A DNA stretch of 64,000 nt from the human T2T-CHM13v2.0 reference genome, Homo sapiens, in assembly GCF_009914755.1 (NCBI RefSeq), contig NC_060926.1; one strand, 5' to 3'. A program made the position numbers and the translations under genes. Below are positions 40,121-57,597 of the stretch, in pieces. The number at the start of each line of letters is the position of its first letter. Within the stretch, counting starts at the first letter, position 1. The notes beneath the pieces are model-generated. The model saw only the letters and a list, made by a program, of their open reading frames with translations. It was not told the DNA's origin and did no database searches.

Positions 40121-42957
40121 ACTCCAATCCCTTTCTAGCATGCACTCTAACTTCCTGTATTCACAAAGCTCAAGCTAAAAACATTTCTCAGATGCTCTTG
40201 CATCACGCCTTCCACAGGGAACCCAGGTTCAACCAAATCCATTCAAAATTTAGAAAGCAGAAATGAGCAAATCAAGGAAGTAGCCAACTACAAATGAGAT
40301 CAAATTTTGTAGTGAAGGCATTTTGTTCTTCTGAAACAACTATGTAGATATGCTACTAAATGATCCCTAGTCTCATAGACTCTAAGTAGCAAATGGCAGT
40401 GGAGTTTTCTACTAGAATAGTATCATGGGGTGTTTCTCATGGCTTGTGCTGTTCCTAGCTATTCACAGTCAACTTTGGTTCCTTGGCACTTCTGCAAATT
40501 AAGTAGCATGTGATACATCTCTGTATGCAACTCAAACTAGCTGTTGCCTGCAACTAAGAACCCACTCTACATATGAAAATTCTCCTGTCTCATAACACTT
40601 TCATTCCTATCTCATGGTTGACCCTCTTTTCCATTATGAAACCCTCTACCTGTACAATGAATCCTATTCATTTATGCTGTTTCTAGGAACGTGCACTATC
40701 TGGTTTCTCCCTTTCTTCTCCACTGCTTTCTTCTCCTTCATCAATAACACAGTTCTTCCAACCCTACCAACTATCCCCATGAAAAAATAATAATATAAGC
40801 TCGTTGTTTTTGCTTCAACTTCCATTCAATGCTTGAATTACCATAACTTGGCTTCCTTAGCCATCACTCTACCAAAACCACTATTGCTAAGGCTGGCAAG
40901 AACCAATTACTTATTCTCATTCCTCACTCTACTAGACTGTGGCATTGGCACTCCTACCCACCACACCTCTTTGAAACTTTAATGATAACAAGATTATAAA
41001 CCTCCAGCCTCAATGAAAGAATCTAGCATCCCACCTTCACACATCATCATCACCCATGCCCTCTGCACTTCTGCCACCAGAGACATACAACAAATAGGCA
41101 TACAGAGACCATTTCAAATGCTAAGGCTATTCGAATATTCTATTTCTTGAGGGCCTAACTGCTTAGACAACCAAAAAGACAGATATACGCACTGTTAAAA
41201 AAAAGAAAAGAAAAAAAAGAAAAAAAAAAGAAAAGTGGATGCTACAAGCTATCAATATAGAAACGTATTTCATTATTTTCAGTTATTTAAGGAAAAATAA
41301 ATGTTTGGAAGTCAGAGATTCCAAAAGAGCAATGCTACAAAACAAGTGTATAACCTCTTAAAACTAACTTCCCAAAGCTAAAAGTTCATTATTATTTGTT
41401 TAACACTTGCAAGCCAGAATATCTACAATTGCCAACCTAAGCTAGCATCCGTGAGTCCTCTTGTTTTGAATGTAAGGTTTTCTATGACATCTGTCATCTC
41501 ACTAACCAGAAGTGATGCTGCTGACTTTGACTGGTGGGGGGTGGGAGGGGAGTTGACCCATTCCTTCCTCCCTGCTAAAGCTACAATCTCTCAAAAGGCT
41601 GGCCTCCCAGAATGATGTGAACTAAGCTTCTTTGGTTAGGGGTGTACCCAGCCCTTTTCTTTAAACTGCTCAGAAGACAGAACTTTTCAGAAAACCCACA
41701 AAAAAATGGCTTATTTTCATTAATTTGCTTTGTATTGCCATCATTCATTGTCTTCATTTTTAATTCAGTGATATTTATAGCCAAATGAAATGAAGTACAG
41801 TCAGTTTTCCTCAATCTGTCTCAGTCTACTCTTCATCTTCTGGGACCCAATTCATGTGATCCTTTAACAACTATTTATTTCACACCAAACTAGTTATCTC
41901 CCTAAAGCCTACCAATCTAGCCTCTGGGCATATTTCCTAAATAAAAGCATTAGATCTCTGTAAACCTAAAATTTGCATACTAAAGGAACAAATCAGCTAT
42001 CAAAAGGCCTAGTAGTATATAGCAGTTGCTCACCGCTAAGCAGAGTTTAAAATTCATTTCAATTTATTATTTTTTAAAGAAACAGCAATTGACTTCTTCC
42101 CTTTGCAAAATGCAGTTTAATGGGCCTAGTTAAATTAGAGGTAATAGTGTAAAGCAAGTGTTTTAAATTGGTAAATTCTAAACCTTTTAATAAAAGTACA
42201 TCAGTCAGAAGTTTTAATAAGACTCAGCAGGACAGAGAAGAATTAACAGTCTGTAGGAATCAAAAGGGGTGATAGGCAATGATAACCTTAAACATTTGCA
42301 TAGGGATTTATAATTTCATTGCTTAAAGGTTAATGAAATTATGTGGTATTTTGCCCACTCTTATCCAGTAAATGATTTCATGCCTTGATTTGTATATATT
42401 TACCAACTGAATCCTATAAAGAAAAAATGACTCCTTTATCAATTAATCTACGACATTTTTACTTATACACTTCTGGGTGCACAATTATCATTACCTATTC
42501 TAACCAATAACTGGGTCCTCTAAAACACAATGTAAGGTTTCCAAAGCATCTCAGAAAAAAGAACAAAATCAGAATTCTGAAAGTACATTAAATTGTAATG
42601 TGACTGCTTTTTTAAAAACTAGATATATTCCTTTATTTACTTTATACTTCAAGTCTACTATTGCTAAATACTGGCTTTTGCCAAATATTAACATAAAATC
42701 CACCCTAGAGATTGATGAAGGCATTCAGGATACACTGAGGGTGAAGATGGAGAAATGCAAACAGTCCACACAAACAAGTAGAACAGGTTAAAACAGTAAA
42801 AGGATTCTAGGCCAAAGCAATTGTTTTAAAACATAACAGCATAAAAACGACACACTACTGAGGCCTTGCCTCACTGAGCACCCAGGAGGGTGCAGGGTCA
42901 GCTGCTTCACTTAATACCCAGTTCTAAGAAAAAAACTGCAAAGAGCCTCACTTAAGC

Positions 42958-43130
42958 AGAGTGGTGCTTCCTACCCTGGCTGCACGTTAGAATCCCCTGG
43001 ATAGCTTAAAACAAAAACCTAAAAATCCACACTTAGGCCCCATAACCAGAGATTCTGGTTTCATCAATAATTTATAGACACTACTCAGGGTGATTTCTTG
43101 ATTTCTTAGGTGCAACTAGGGTTGAGAAAT
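42958..43130. mobile_element. MER5-family hAT MITE
   Basis: ccctggctgcacgttagaatcccctgga...ccagagattctggttt...gggttgagaa. Confidence 0.6.
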
Positions 43131-43141
43131 ATGCCAGAAAG

Positions 43142-43324
43142 CACTGGTTCTCGAAGTGTGGTCCCTGGACCAGTAGCAGCAGCAACAGCAACAGGAAACA
43201 TGTTTGAAATGCAAATTCTCAGGCCTCACCCCAGACCTAGTGAACCAGAAACTCTGGAGTGGGGCCCAGTGTTTTAACAAGTCTTTCAGATAATTCTCAG
43301 ATGCACTATGTTTGAAAAACACTG
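43142..43324 (+). mobile_element. MER5A hAT MITE
   Basis: cactggttctcgaagtgtggtccctggaccagtagcagcagca...gaaatgcaaattctcaggcctcaccccagacct...tttgaaaaacactg. Confidence 0.85.
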
Positions 43325-44717
43325 CTTTAGAGTAAGAATGGCCTGGTTTTCAATTTTCTCTCCACAATTTACTAGCTATATGACCCTTGGTCAGCTCTCT
43401 AAACTTCTTCCCTCACATGCAAAATAAAAGAGTTAGCTACCATTTCTTTAACGTCGAATGTGTGCCAGGGTATGCCAATAAGCACTTTATATACATTATA
43501 TAATTTAACCCTTACAGGTTTGTCAGATAGATATCATTACCATTTTACACCAAAAGATGATGAACCTCATCCAATATCACAAACTAGTAAGCAGAATCAG
43601 AATTTAAACTCAAGTTTTTAAAATTCCACAATTACTGCTCTTTCCCTATTCCTCAAAATATTCTTGCTGATCTTTCTTTTTTATTCTTCTTTCCTTTCTT
43701 TTCTTCTGTTTTGTCTTCCTTTCTTTCTGTCCATCTTTCTTTCTGTCTTCCTTTCTTTAGGAGGAAGCTTATCTTGTTACTATAAAGCTAGATATTACCT
43801 AGTGTGTAAGTGTGTACAGTATTTACTATGTGACTACAAAGTACTTAGCATTCTACCACATGCCAGAAAGAAAAGAATTAAAATACAAAAAAAAAAATGA
43901 AAAGAAAGAAAGAAATCATAGTAACGAAGCTATGAGCTAGCTGGAGATAGATCCATTTTGCAAAACATAGGGACACATATGATTTCATTCTTAACTGGCA
44001 GGTGGAAAACAGAAATAACTCAGAAATTCATGAGATTGGAGCTCAGAGACCAAGGCATGACACCAGGAAGTGGAAGTTTGACTTGCTCTGAAACAAGGAG
44101 TAAAAAGTTTCTCCAGCACAGGAGGAGAAAAAACAGCTAGAGAATATAGCACAATAGAAAATAAAGCTAAAGTAGTTAAATGGGTCCAGATTGTGACTCA
44201 GAATAAGAAGAGCTTAACTTTAGTACAGTAAAAGTATAAAATGTTTTTTCACAGAATATTTTTGATGAACTGATAGTAAAGAGATAAAGTTAAAATCAAG
44301 TCATAGGAACTTATCCTAGAAAAAATATGAACCAAGGGTTATGCTGAAAAAAAAACAAGCAGGAGAAAAAGTTACTTCTATTATTAAAAGTGTTAAGTGT
44401 GATCCACTCTTTACTGTTTCCATGGGCTATTCATATCCATTACATAATATTTTCAATCATCCACTAATCCAACCAACACTGACTGATCACATTAAGCTAG
44501 GTATCAAGGATAAAAAGTAAGCTTCTGACTCAGGGCACATGGAGCAGCTTTACATAAGAAACAGACTGCCAAATGTTTTATGCAACATTAACATAAAGTT
44601 ATTAGGAATTCCAAAGGCCACTATAGACAGACCAATTGTTAGCAATGACTGTTGTGAAATTCCCGAAAGTCAATGAAGTATAAGCTAGCCAAAATGTTAT
44701 GCATATAAAATATAAGA

Positions 44718-45023
44718 GGCCAGGCGTGGTGGCTCACGCCTGTAATCCCAGCACTTTGGGAGGCCGAGGCAGGTGGATCACTTGAGGTCAGGAGTTCGAG
44801 ACCAGCCTGGCCAAGATGGCAAAACCCCGTCTCTATTAAAAATATAAAAATTAGCTGGGCTTGGTGGCATATGGCTGCAGTCCCAGCACTTTGGGAGGCT
44901 GAGACATGAGAATCACCTGAACGCAGGTGGCAGAGGTTGCAGTGAGCCGAAATTGCACCACTGCACTCCAGCCTGGGCGACAGAGCAAGACTCTACTTAA
45001 AAAAAAAAAAAAAAAAAAAAAAA
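44718..45023 (+). mobile_element. Alu SINE (AluSx/Sz-like)
   Basis: full dimer with long A tail. Confidence 0.95.
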
Positions 45024-48000
45024 GAGTATTCTGCCTATACTACCGTACTAGCATCATAATCATCACCTCACAAATGGAGTAACCCCAGTTAATCCACATT
45101 TAGGCTTACATATGGCTAAAAAAGGCAGGCAAACATAAAATCTAGAGGTAAGCTTTAAATATTCACATCACTCATTCCATTTTGTGCTGAAGAGCTAATC
45201 AAAAACTACGCTCAGAAACTCACAGGAAGATTCTACCTATGTATTGAGGAAAAACTGCAAGGTACAATGGGATGACTGCATTTATTAGCATCTAAGGTTT
45301 CTAACTCTGTCAATGACAGTCCAATGCTGTATAACATCTTCTTCTTTAGTTTTACTGTAATCTGACAACTCCATAATGCCCATTTATCTCCAAGAACCAA
45401 TTTAAGATGCATGTATGTATGGCCATCAGACTATGCTTGAATAACAAGGCACTACTAGGGTTATTTTTTCTCAGAATAAATGTGAATGGAATTTGCTATG
45501 ATATTAGGAATGATAGCATTTTGCAAACAATATAATTTAAGAAACAGTAATGAAACTCTATTGAAGCTGTTTATTAATAACCTACACAAATATAATCAAA
45601 GAACTGAATCCCAGCTGTTAGAAACGACTTGAAAGGTCACTTGGTAAAATACTAGCTTTTATCCCTTATGGTATCTAGACCATATATAGTGTTAAAATTA
45701 AAACAATGATATCAAAAGGCATCCAAGTACTTTAAGTGATAATTTATCTGGCCCCAATATATCCAACTCATATATACTACTGTATTTTACTAAAGTTCAA
45801 TCGCCTATCATCTCATTCTTTAATAATATAAACTATATATGACAATGTGGCAGGACTAAAAGATTGGTACTTGACTGGTTTAATTTCAATAAAAGTGATT
45901 GGTACAAAATCATCTTTTAAAATATTCAGACCATGCTATACAGATATTCACATGCACTTGGATCTATAAGCATTAAAGAACTTGTTTAGATTTACTGGCG
46001 CTATACCTGCTGTCAAGAAACAAAAAAGTTGTAAAGGGTGATCAAACACATCTTTGCCTCAAGTATCATGTGAATGTTTTCCACTAAGGCGGTCCTAAAA
46101 GTTAACAGTCAAAGTAATTCAAAGGTTTCTCTTTATTTCTATATTCAAATCATCACAAGTTTGATCAAGCATGCAAATCCCTTTGGGCTCAGGGTTCCCA
46201 TCAAAATGTCTTATAGAAACATTAAAAATTGAATGGGCATAAACAACTCCAACAGTGCGGAGCTCATGACAGCACTGCTGTGATCTACGTGTTTCATGTA
46301 CAACAACATTGGGGAAGTTTGCAAGGGAAGATGAGCAACTAATTACTGTCTTTTGCTTGAGGGCAGGTGTGCTGATCTCTACAGGTGTCTCTGCAGTGCT
46401 CTGCCTAATGTATTGCTTCTTGGAGACATTCACTGTAACAACTTGCTAAAGCCCTGCAAAACATCTGACAGAATACCAAACTGTTGGGTGTTCAGGAAGA
46501 AACATGTGTGACTTCTTAAAGTTAGCACTAAGGAGAAACAACAGTTGGGGGAGGCTTTGTATTTTTTGTGAAAGAATAATATAAAAAGTAAGTAACATAA
46601 AACTATATCAGTCACACACATTAAACTAGGATACTAATATTGTCTTAGTAAGTACAGAAAGTTTTTCAAAGAAAATTCGGCTATTCTCATTAAACAAGAA
46701 TTTTTTTTAAACGCAAATAATAATCTTATAGTGGACCATCATTTTCATTTGTGAAAGCACAGTAGACAATGCACGGTGTTCAGTTTTATAAGGATCAAAA
46801 AAAAATCTGAGAAATTACTCACTATAAGAAATTAGTAAATTAGATGGTCATCTGATGATAGGACAGGTGAGAAATACCGTTCATATGTGATGCCACTACA
46901 GGATTAATATTCCTTAAGATCTTTCCTATAACGTGGAAAGAAGCAAGCTTAAGAATGAAGAGATACACAAAGCAAAGATAAACATTCCCTGCTTTGCTGC
47001 CTGCTACATGCATGATCTCAGACAAGAAATGTAACCTCTTTATGCTTCAATTTTCTCATCTAATAATAAACAACACCCACCCCAATAGGGTTATTATTAA
47101 ATGAGACAGTGTCCCTTCACTATTTGGCACAGGGCTTGGCATGAGTAAGTGCTTAATAAATTGTAATTAGCATCATGAAAGTTTCCAAAAGACATTAGTC
47201 TCCTATCATTAGTGGAGCATCAGCCTGTCTAAAAGCATCTTGGAAAGTAAAGACTCATCAGTGGGATGTTATTTTCAAAATATGTGATATGTCATATGGT
47301 ACATCTTTTTAAGTATAAATACATAGCCTGGCTTTTGAGAAATCCATCAGTGACAAACATGCAACAAAACCTTTAACTAGTTCTTTACTTTTTCTGAGTG
47401 ATCATTCATCTTGGTGAAAAGTCTCTGTTTGTAATGTTGAAAATTTGTGGAAAAGTTCATTGTTTTCAAACAATAATGAAAAGTATCATACTATTTCAAA
47501 CTTTATCTACTTAAGAAAGACTCTGGTAAAATCAAAGTTAACATTTTCAGGCAACGAATCTGCTCAGAATAAGAAAATGCTAGGAAATGACAATATAAGA
47601 TATATACAAATTATTTTCATCTACAATTCTCTATTTGTGTTTTTCTTTAACCAAATAGAATTAAGATGGTATTTCATTCAGATCATCATTACTATTAATC
47701 ATCAGCTGTGTAAACAAAACATCATTCAACTTTTAAAAAATCAATAAAGCAAGAGTTAAAATTGTTTCAGACTATTCTGGAATGGACCAAGAAGGGAAAA
47801 AATTTAAAGTAAGAAGTGTAATAAATATATAAAAATAACATAGCATTTCCAAAATTAAAAATAATTAGACTCATGGGAATAATCGGAATATAATTATTTG
47901 AAGTAGTATCCCTCCCTCTCCCAGTAGATTAGTTCATCATATGCTCATTTCTTCAAACCTAGGCATTGAAATAACCTTCTGTTCTCTCTCCTTTTAATCC

Positions 48001-48329
48001 TTTCTTCCTGGTATCCATTCTGCAGTTTTCAATGGCACCTCAACCACCAGGAATGTTAAGAACTGATCTACTGTACTTCCCTTAACACAGACCTAATTAT
48101 GTCACTTCCTCCAACCCCAAAGATGTAGTCTAATGGGGGAGACAGGCATATAGATACATAAAAATGTGTGTGTACATATATGAGTACATATGCACATGGG
48201 CACATGTAAAGTATTAATACTAAGGGAGGATAAATCAGAAGCCAATTCATTTTGCCTGCCATAAGCCAAAGAAAGTTTCACATAGCTGATGATAGCTAGG
48301 TGAAATAATGCCTAGAAAACAAATTTAAA

Positions 48330-48655
<326 letters not shown>

Positions 48656-49717
48656 CAAATTTAAAGCTCCATATATGGGTCTCCAATATAGAGTCTCAAT
48701 TTACTGTGTTCCAACTATATCCCACACTCTCCTCACATGGACATAGATGCCTTCATTCTCTTACCATAGTGGACAACCTGCTGTCACCTGGCTTTTCGAG
48801 TCCCTCTGCCTTGAATCTCCTCTTCATCCTCCTCATCTTTACAGTTTTTAAAATATGACATCCTTATACCCAGACATTCTTCTACTCAGTTTTCTTCTAC
48901 AGTTAAAGGAATCAAAAATGCTTGGACTTTGCAAGAGCAAGCTGGAAGACAATGGAACATAAGCATTTCCTTCCAAAAACCTATAGGAAAGTTACTTCCA
49001 ACTTAGAATTTAATTATTCAAGCAAATTATCAATCAAGTGAGAAAACTGAATAAAGATATTTTTTCTGTCACAAAACCTTTCTCAGGAATACTACAGGAA
49101 ACATAAACAAAAATGTAAGAGTAAGACAAGAAGGAAAACACTATGAGATCCAAGAAAAGGCAAAGGAAGTTCCTAGGTTAAGAGCAAGGAAAAATCCCAG
49201 AAGAGGCAGGTCTAGAGAATGTAATGGGAGGAGAATGGAAGTGTGCTGGAAGAATGTCTTCAAGAAAAAAATTGAAATGTATTATCTGATGCAATTCCCT
49301 TTATGGAAAATTATAAGTAGTTCATAGAAGGTATAGGAAGAATTATTAAGAGGGACAAAAAGCAAAGCAAATGAAAAAACAAGGCATTATTAATTTCATG
49401 AAATACGAAAAGTCAGAAGCAAACTTTTCATCAGAATTAATTACAATATGCTCATCTATGAATAATAGCTACATAATATAATAATGCAACACTAAGCCAA
49501 AAATTGGAATCTAACTATACTGGGAATGTGAGGGAAAGAGATGGCTGTGTAATAGTGAAAAATCTTCAAAGACCATAACATAAAGTCAACAATGTCTAAA
49601 ATAAATTAACTCAAAAGATAGCAATGTGTATATATGTAATTTAGCAATGTGGAGATATATAATGACTAGAGGAAACAGATAAAAGGCTGCCTCTAGAGAA
49701 AGGACCACAGTATTTTC

Positions 49718-50028
49718 CTTTCTTTTTTTTGACAGGGTCTCATTTTCATATCCCAGGCTGGAGAGCAGTGGCACAATTTCAGTTCACTGCAGCCTTGACT
49801 TCCCGGGCTCAGGAGATTCTCCCACCTCAGCCCCCACCCTAAGTAGTTGGGACTACAGGCACACGCCACCACACCTGACTAATTTTTTGTTTTTTGTTTT
49901 TGTTTCTTGGTAGAGATGGGGTTTCACCATACTGCCCAGGCTGGTCTCGCACTCTTAGGCTCAAATGATCCACCGGCCTTGGCCTCCCAAAGTAACAGGA
50001 TTACAGATGTGCACCACTGAGCCCAGCC
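49718..50028 (-). mobile_element. Alu SINE (AluJ-like)
   Basis: full dimer; TSD accacagtattttc / accactgtattttc. Confidence 0.92.
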
Positions 50029-52153
50029 ACCACTGTATTTTCTAATAGGCCTTTAACAACTATTCAAATGTTAAACTAGGTGAATGTATTACTTTGGCAA
50101 AATAAGTTTTAATTTAAAAGAAACAGTCATGTTCATGAAGATGTTTCTGACAGTGTTTTACGTAATAGTAAAACACAGAAACAATCTAAACGGTCAGCAA
50201 TAGGTGACTAGTTAAATAAATTACATTTTATCTGTGATAGTTAAAAAGACTATGTAGTCATTTTAAATGATGCTGTAGAAAAATATTTAGTGGACATGGA
50301 GAAATGTTCATATTATAAAATAAAAAAATGACAGGTCAAAAACAGCTAAGAACAAAACAATGAAATATACATGAAAATATGAATGGTAATTTTAGAATTT
50401 TTTTCTCTCTGTGCTTTTCTGGTTTGCTGAATTTTCTAAAGTAAATGCAGCTTCAGAAACACAAAGAAAATAAATTAAAATTGTAATGCAACTCATCACT
50501 CATGGCGCTATTTAAATAGCGTCACCTAATGATGGCCAAGCTAGAATTAACTCCTCCCTCCCAATGCAGTTTACACATGCCACTATCAGCACAGCTGCAC
50601 AACCTGCTTTGTATCGCAGGTAACTGTTTATGTCTGTTCTTGCATCTGACTTACCCTGCTGAAGACAGGACAGTGTCTAACCCACCATTCAGTGTAGGCT
50701 GAATGGGATATGTCTGTGCTTCTGAAGACAATCCCCTAAAATGAGGAAATTCCAAAAACAATCTGAGTAAAGTCTTTTTTTAACTTAAAAAAAAAAAACA
50801 GAGTATTGACTGATTAGTTTTGAGAGGGATAATAGTCATATAAAATATAAGATCTCAGGTTGGTCGCTCTGATTGTTCTTCAGTCTCATCTCACATATAC
50901 TGTCTCTCAAACTGACTCCTGAAACATTTTGTCCTTTGTCTGAAGCCTTCAGTGGGGCAGTGTTCAAATGTAGACCTTCAGGATTTCTTAACAGATCCAT
51001 GTTTATCACCCCAAAATGACATTTACTTAAGAATTCAGTTTTTAGAACATTACTTACCCACAGTTTGACTATAGATAAATTTGGATTAGGATTATTTCTC
51101 TTTATGTGAGTGTAGGATTTCCAAATGAAGTCGAAATTTAAATGTTTAGTGGAGCAAACATGACTTTCATAATGTTTGGTTTTTATTTAGATCTAGTTTC
51201 AAAATGATTAATAAATGACGCAGCACAAATTCTAGAAACAGAACTTTTCTGGGCAAAACCAGAAAACGCTCATTTTTGTATGCAAAGGATTAACTCTTTT
51301 CTGTATGAAGGTATGAACAATCAGTACATTTTATTTTAAAAATCATAAAAAGATTCTACTATCCCATCCTAGTGGGGCTGTTTTATCCATGAGATCAACA
51401 GCTACTTTTCAGCACGCTTTCAGAATAGACCATGCATGTGTAAGAGGAGTCACAGAGAACAGAATGTTATGAAGTAAAGAGCTATTTATCCACCCTCACT
51501 TTCCCATCCCCAGAGGTCTGAGCAGGAGGGCATAAGGACAAGGCAAATGGCCTTTTACAGATTGAGGTTACACTGTCTACTGAGTGACAATTATATGGAA
51601 AAAGGACTGAATTAAAGTCTATGAATACAATAGGATCTGTACACTTTTATTCTTCAAATTGTTAATCAACATTAAAAATAAACAAGGAGGGAGGTAACTG
51701 CAAAAGGATACCTTGCTTTACAATATAATGTGCCATCAGTTGGTTTTACATATTGTTATATGTAATCCAGATTTAAATTATTACAGAGAGTGGACAACGC
51801 AGAAAACTCAAAACCAAAAATGTCAGGGATAATACCAACTGAACTTTATATGAGCATCTTAGAAATTTTAAGATAATAAAACATAAGGTTTATTTTACAA
51901 AAATTCACTTTACCATCAATTTTCGAAAAATATATCCTCTACAGTAAGCAAAATACATTCTTAAGAATTCTAGAAAATGTAAACCAATCTAAAATATAGA
52001 AAGCAGATCAGCAATTGTCTGGGAACAGAGATGGGAGACTGATTTCAAGAGGACACAAGAGATCTCTCTGGGGTGACAGCAATAAACAAATCATAAATGT
52101 GGTGGTGGTTGTAAAGCTGTATTCTTTTATCAAAACTTATCACACTGCCGTGG

Positions 52154-52480
52154 TTTTTGTGTTTTTTTTTTTTGTTTGTTTTTGTTTTTGTGAGATGGAG
52201 TCTCGCTCTGTCGCCCAGGCTGGAGTGGAATGGAGCCATATTGGTATCTTGGCTCACCGCAGCCTCCACCTCCCAGGTTCCAGCGATTCTCCTGCCTCAG
52301 CCTCCCAAGTAGCTGGGTTTACAGGCATGCACCATCATGCCCAGCTAATTTTTGTATTTTTAGTAGAGACAGGGTTTTACCATGTTGACCAGGCTGGTCT
52401 TGCACTCCTGAACTCATGTGCCTGCCCACCTCAGCCTCCCAAAGTGCTGAGATTACAAGCACGAGCCACCATGCCTAGCC
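52154..52480 (-). mobile_element. Alu SINE (AluS-like) inside an old L1 3'-end fragment
   Basis: full dimer; flanking repeat cacactgcc at 52141-52149 and 52481-52489. Confidence 0.92.
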
Positions 52481-53530
52481 CACACTGCCATTTAAAATGG
52501 GTAGTTTAAGTAATTTAGACCTGGATAAAATTGATATAAAAATATATCATAACAGTTGATTATATCTGATAATCATTATAATTTCCTAAAAACTTTTATG
52601 TAAATTTGTTACGTTTCTGACACAAGGTTAAACATACCATGAGTAAAAACCAGCTGTGTGAAAGTATTACTTTACACTTACCAGACATACTAACCTCTTA
52701 GTGAGATCAACACACTGCCATCCACACTATGCTTACTACACATTACTTTATATTACTGGTTAATTTTCCTGAATTGCTCTTTAAGGCCGAAAAAAAAAAA
52801 AAAAAAAAAACCTGTGCCATGTATTTATTAGCATTCCCCAATATCTAGCTCAATTCATTTCACAAATGTGCTTATTAGACACTGACTTACACCACGCAAC
52901 ACTTCAGAAAAGTAGTTATCTTTTCTTTCTTAGTAAAAAAAAGCAGCAAGTTCCAAACAATATTATTTTAGAAGATTAAAAGAAACTTTTTAAACTGTCA
53001 TTTAAGTTTTAAAAATGTAAAATTTTAAAAGTTAAAATTTTATAAGTTAAAACATTATAAGTTTAAAATGAACTTATAATGAGCCATTTTGAACCCAAAA
53101 TGAGCCACTTTGTATAAAAGTAGTTCTTTTAAAGTGGAAATATTACCATTTTCTTTATTTCCATTGTGACACTGTTTCCGCTGCATACAAATTTTGCTAA
53201 AATAATTACAAATAATGTATTTTTTAAAAAACATCACATTATCTCATACTTAACAGAAATTGGCTTGAGATAACTTGTTTCTCAAATCTTAACACTTAGT
53301 TTACTAATTATTATTTTAAAAATTAATTACACAGTAATCAAGACAGTGGGTATGGTGAAACAGACAAATAGATCAATGGAACAGAAGAGAGAGCTCAGAA
53401 ATAGACGCACACAAATATAGTCAACTGATACTTGACAAAGGAGCAAAGGCAATTCAATGGAGAAAGGAGAGTCTCCAATAAATGATGTTGGAACAACTGG
53501 ACATCTACATGTAGAAAAAAATGAATCTAG

Positions 53531-53630
53531 ATGAAGACCTTACAATATACTTTACAAAAATTAACAAAAAATAGATCATAATGAAGACCTTACAATATAC
53601 TTTACAGAAATTAACTCAAAATAGATCATA
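53531..53630 (+). repeat. 2 x 50-bp tandem duplication within L1M
   Basis: atgaagaccttacaatatactttac...atagatcata twice, 47/50 identical. Confidence 0.92.
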
Positions 53631-53951
53631 AACCTAAACATAAAACATAAAACTATAAACCTACTAGAAGAGAAATAAAAGAAATTAGATGATCTTGGGT
53701 TTTGCAGTGACTTTTTAGATATAACACCAAAAACATGATCCATGACAAAAAAAAAGTTGTTAAGCTCAACTTCATTAAAATGAAAAACTTCTGCTCTGTG
53801 AAAGACACTCTCAAGAGAATAAGAAGACAAGTCACAGACTGAGAGAAAATATTTTCAAAATACATATCTGATAAAGGACTGTTAGCTAAAATATATTTTT
53901 TAAAACTCTTAAAACTCAATAATAAGTAAACAAGCAATTAAAAATGGGCAA

Positions 53952-54070
53952 GGCCAGGTGCACTGGCTCACACTTGTAATCCCAGCACTTTGGGAGGTGG
54001 AGGTGGAAGGACTGCTTGAGGGCAGGAGTTGGAGACCAGCCTAGGCAACACAGTGAGAACCTGCCTCTAT
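53952..54070 (+). mobile_element. Alu left monomer (FLAM/AluJ-like)
   Basis: ggccaggtgcactggctcacacttgtaatccc...gagaccagcctaggcaacac. Confidence 0.85.
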
Positions 54071-54126
54071 GTTTTTTTTTTAATGTGTAACATTAAAAAT
54101 ACAATTATTTAATGGACATATAAGCA

Positions 54127-54445
54127 GGCCACAGTGGCTCAGACTTGTAATCCCAGAATTTTGGGAGGCCAAGGCAGGAGGAATGCTTGAAGTGAGAAGT
54201 CTAAGACAAGCCTGGGCAACAAAGCAAGACCCTGTCTCTACAAAGAATAAATTTGAAAAAAGATTAGCCAAGCACAATGACACACACCTGTAGTCCCAGT
54301 TATTGGGGAAGCAGAGGCAAAAGAATCACTGGAGCCCAGGAATTTGAGGCTGCAGTGAGCTAGAATCATGACACTGCACTCAGTCCAGCCTGGGTGAAAG
54401 AGCAAGACCCTGTGTCTTTTAAAATAAAATAAAATAAAATAAAAA
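54127..54445 (+). mobile_element. Alu SINE (AluJ-like) with (TAAAA)n tail
   Basis: dimer with gagcccaggaatttgaggctgcagtgagct. Confidence 0.88.
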
Positions 54446-54996
54446 GTAAGGGGGGGCAAAAGCTCTGAACAAACACTTCACCAAAGATGATACACAAATG
54501 ACAAATAAGCATATGAAAAGATGCCCAAATATCACGTTAATAGGAAATCACAAAATGAAACACTGAGATAGCACTACATACTTATCAGAATAGCTAAAAT
54601 CCAAAACAATAACAACTGACAACACCAATTACTAAAGACAATGTAGAGCAAAAAGAACATTGCTCACCACTGCTCCTTTTTGTTGAAACTACAAAATGGT
54701 ATAGCCACTTTGGATAACAGTTTTGCAGTTCCTACAAAATTTAACATGCTCTTACCATGCAATCCAGCAACTGTGCTTCTTGATATTTATCCAAATGAGT
54801 AGAAAACTTACATACATGCAAAAACCTGCATGCAAATGTTTATATCAGTTTTACTCAGAACTGCCAAAACTTGGAAGTGGCCAAAATGTCCTCCAAAAAG
54901 TGAATGGATAAACAAACTGTGGTATATCCATACAATGGAATATTACTTAGTGCTAAAAAGAAATGAGCTCTCAAACCACAAAAAGACACGGAGAAA

Positions 54997-57597
<2,601 letters not shown>

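Noticed and set aside
52015-52509. 164-aa ORF and similar ORFs at 14182, 21209, 24120, 48446, 56060 and 61190
   Set aside because: Translations of Alu sequence (e.g. [21 protein letters not shown])
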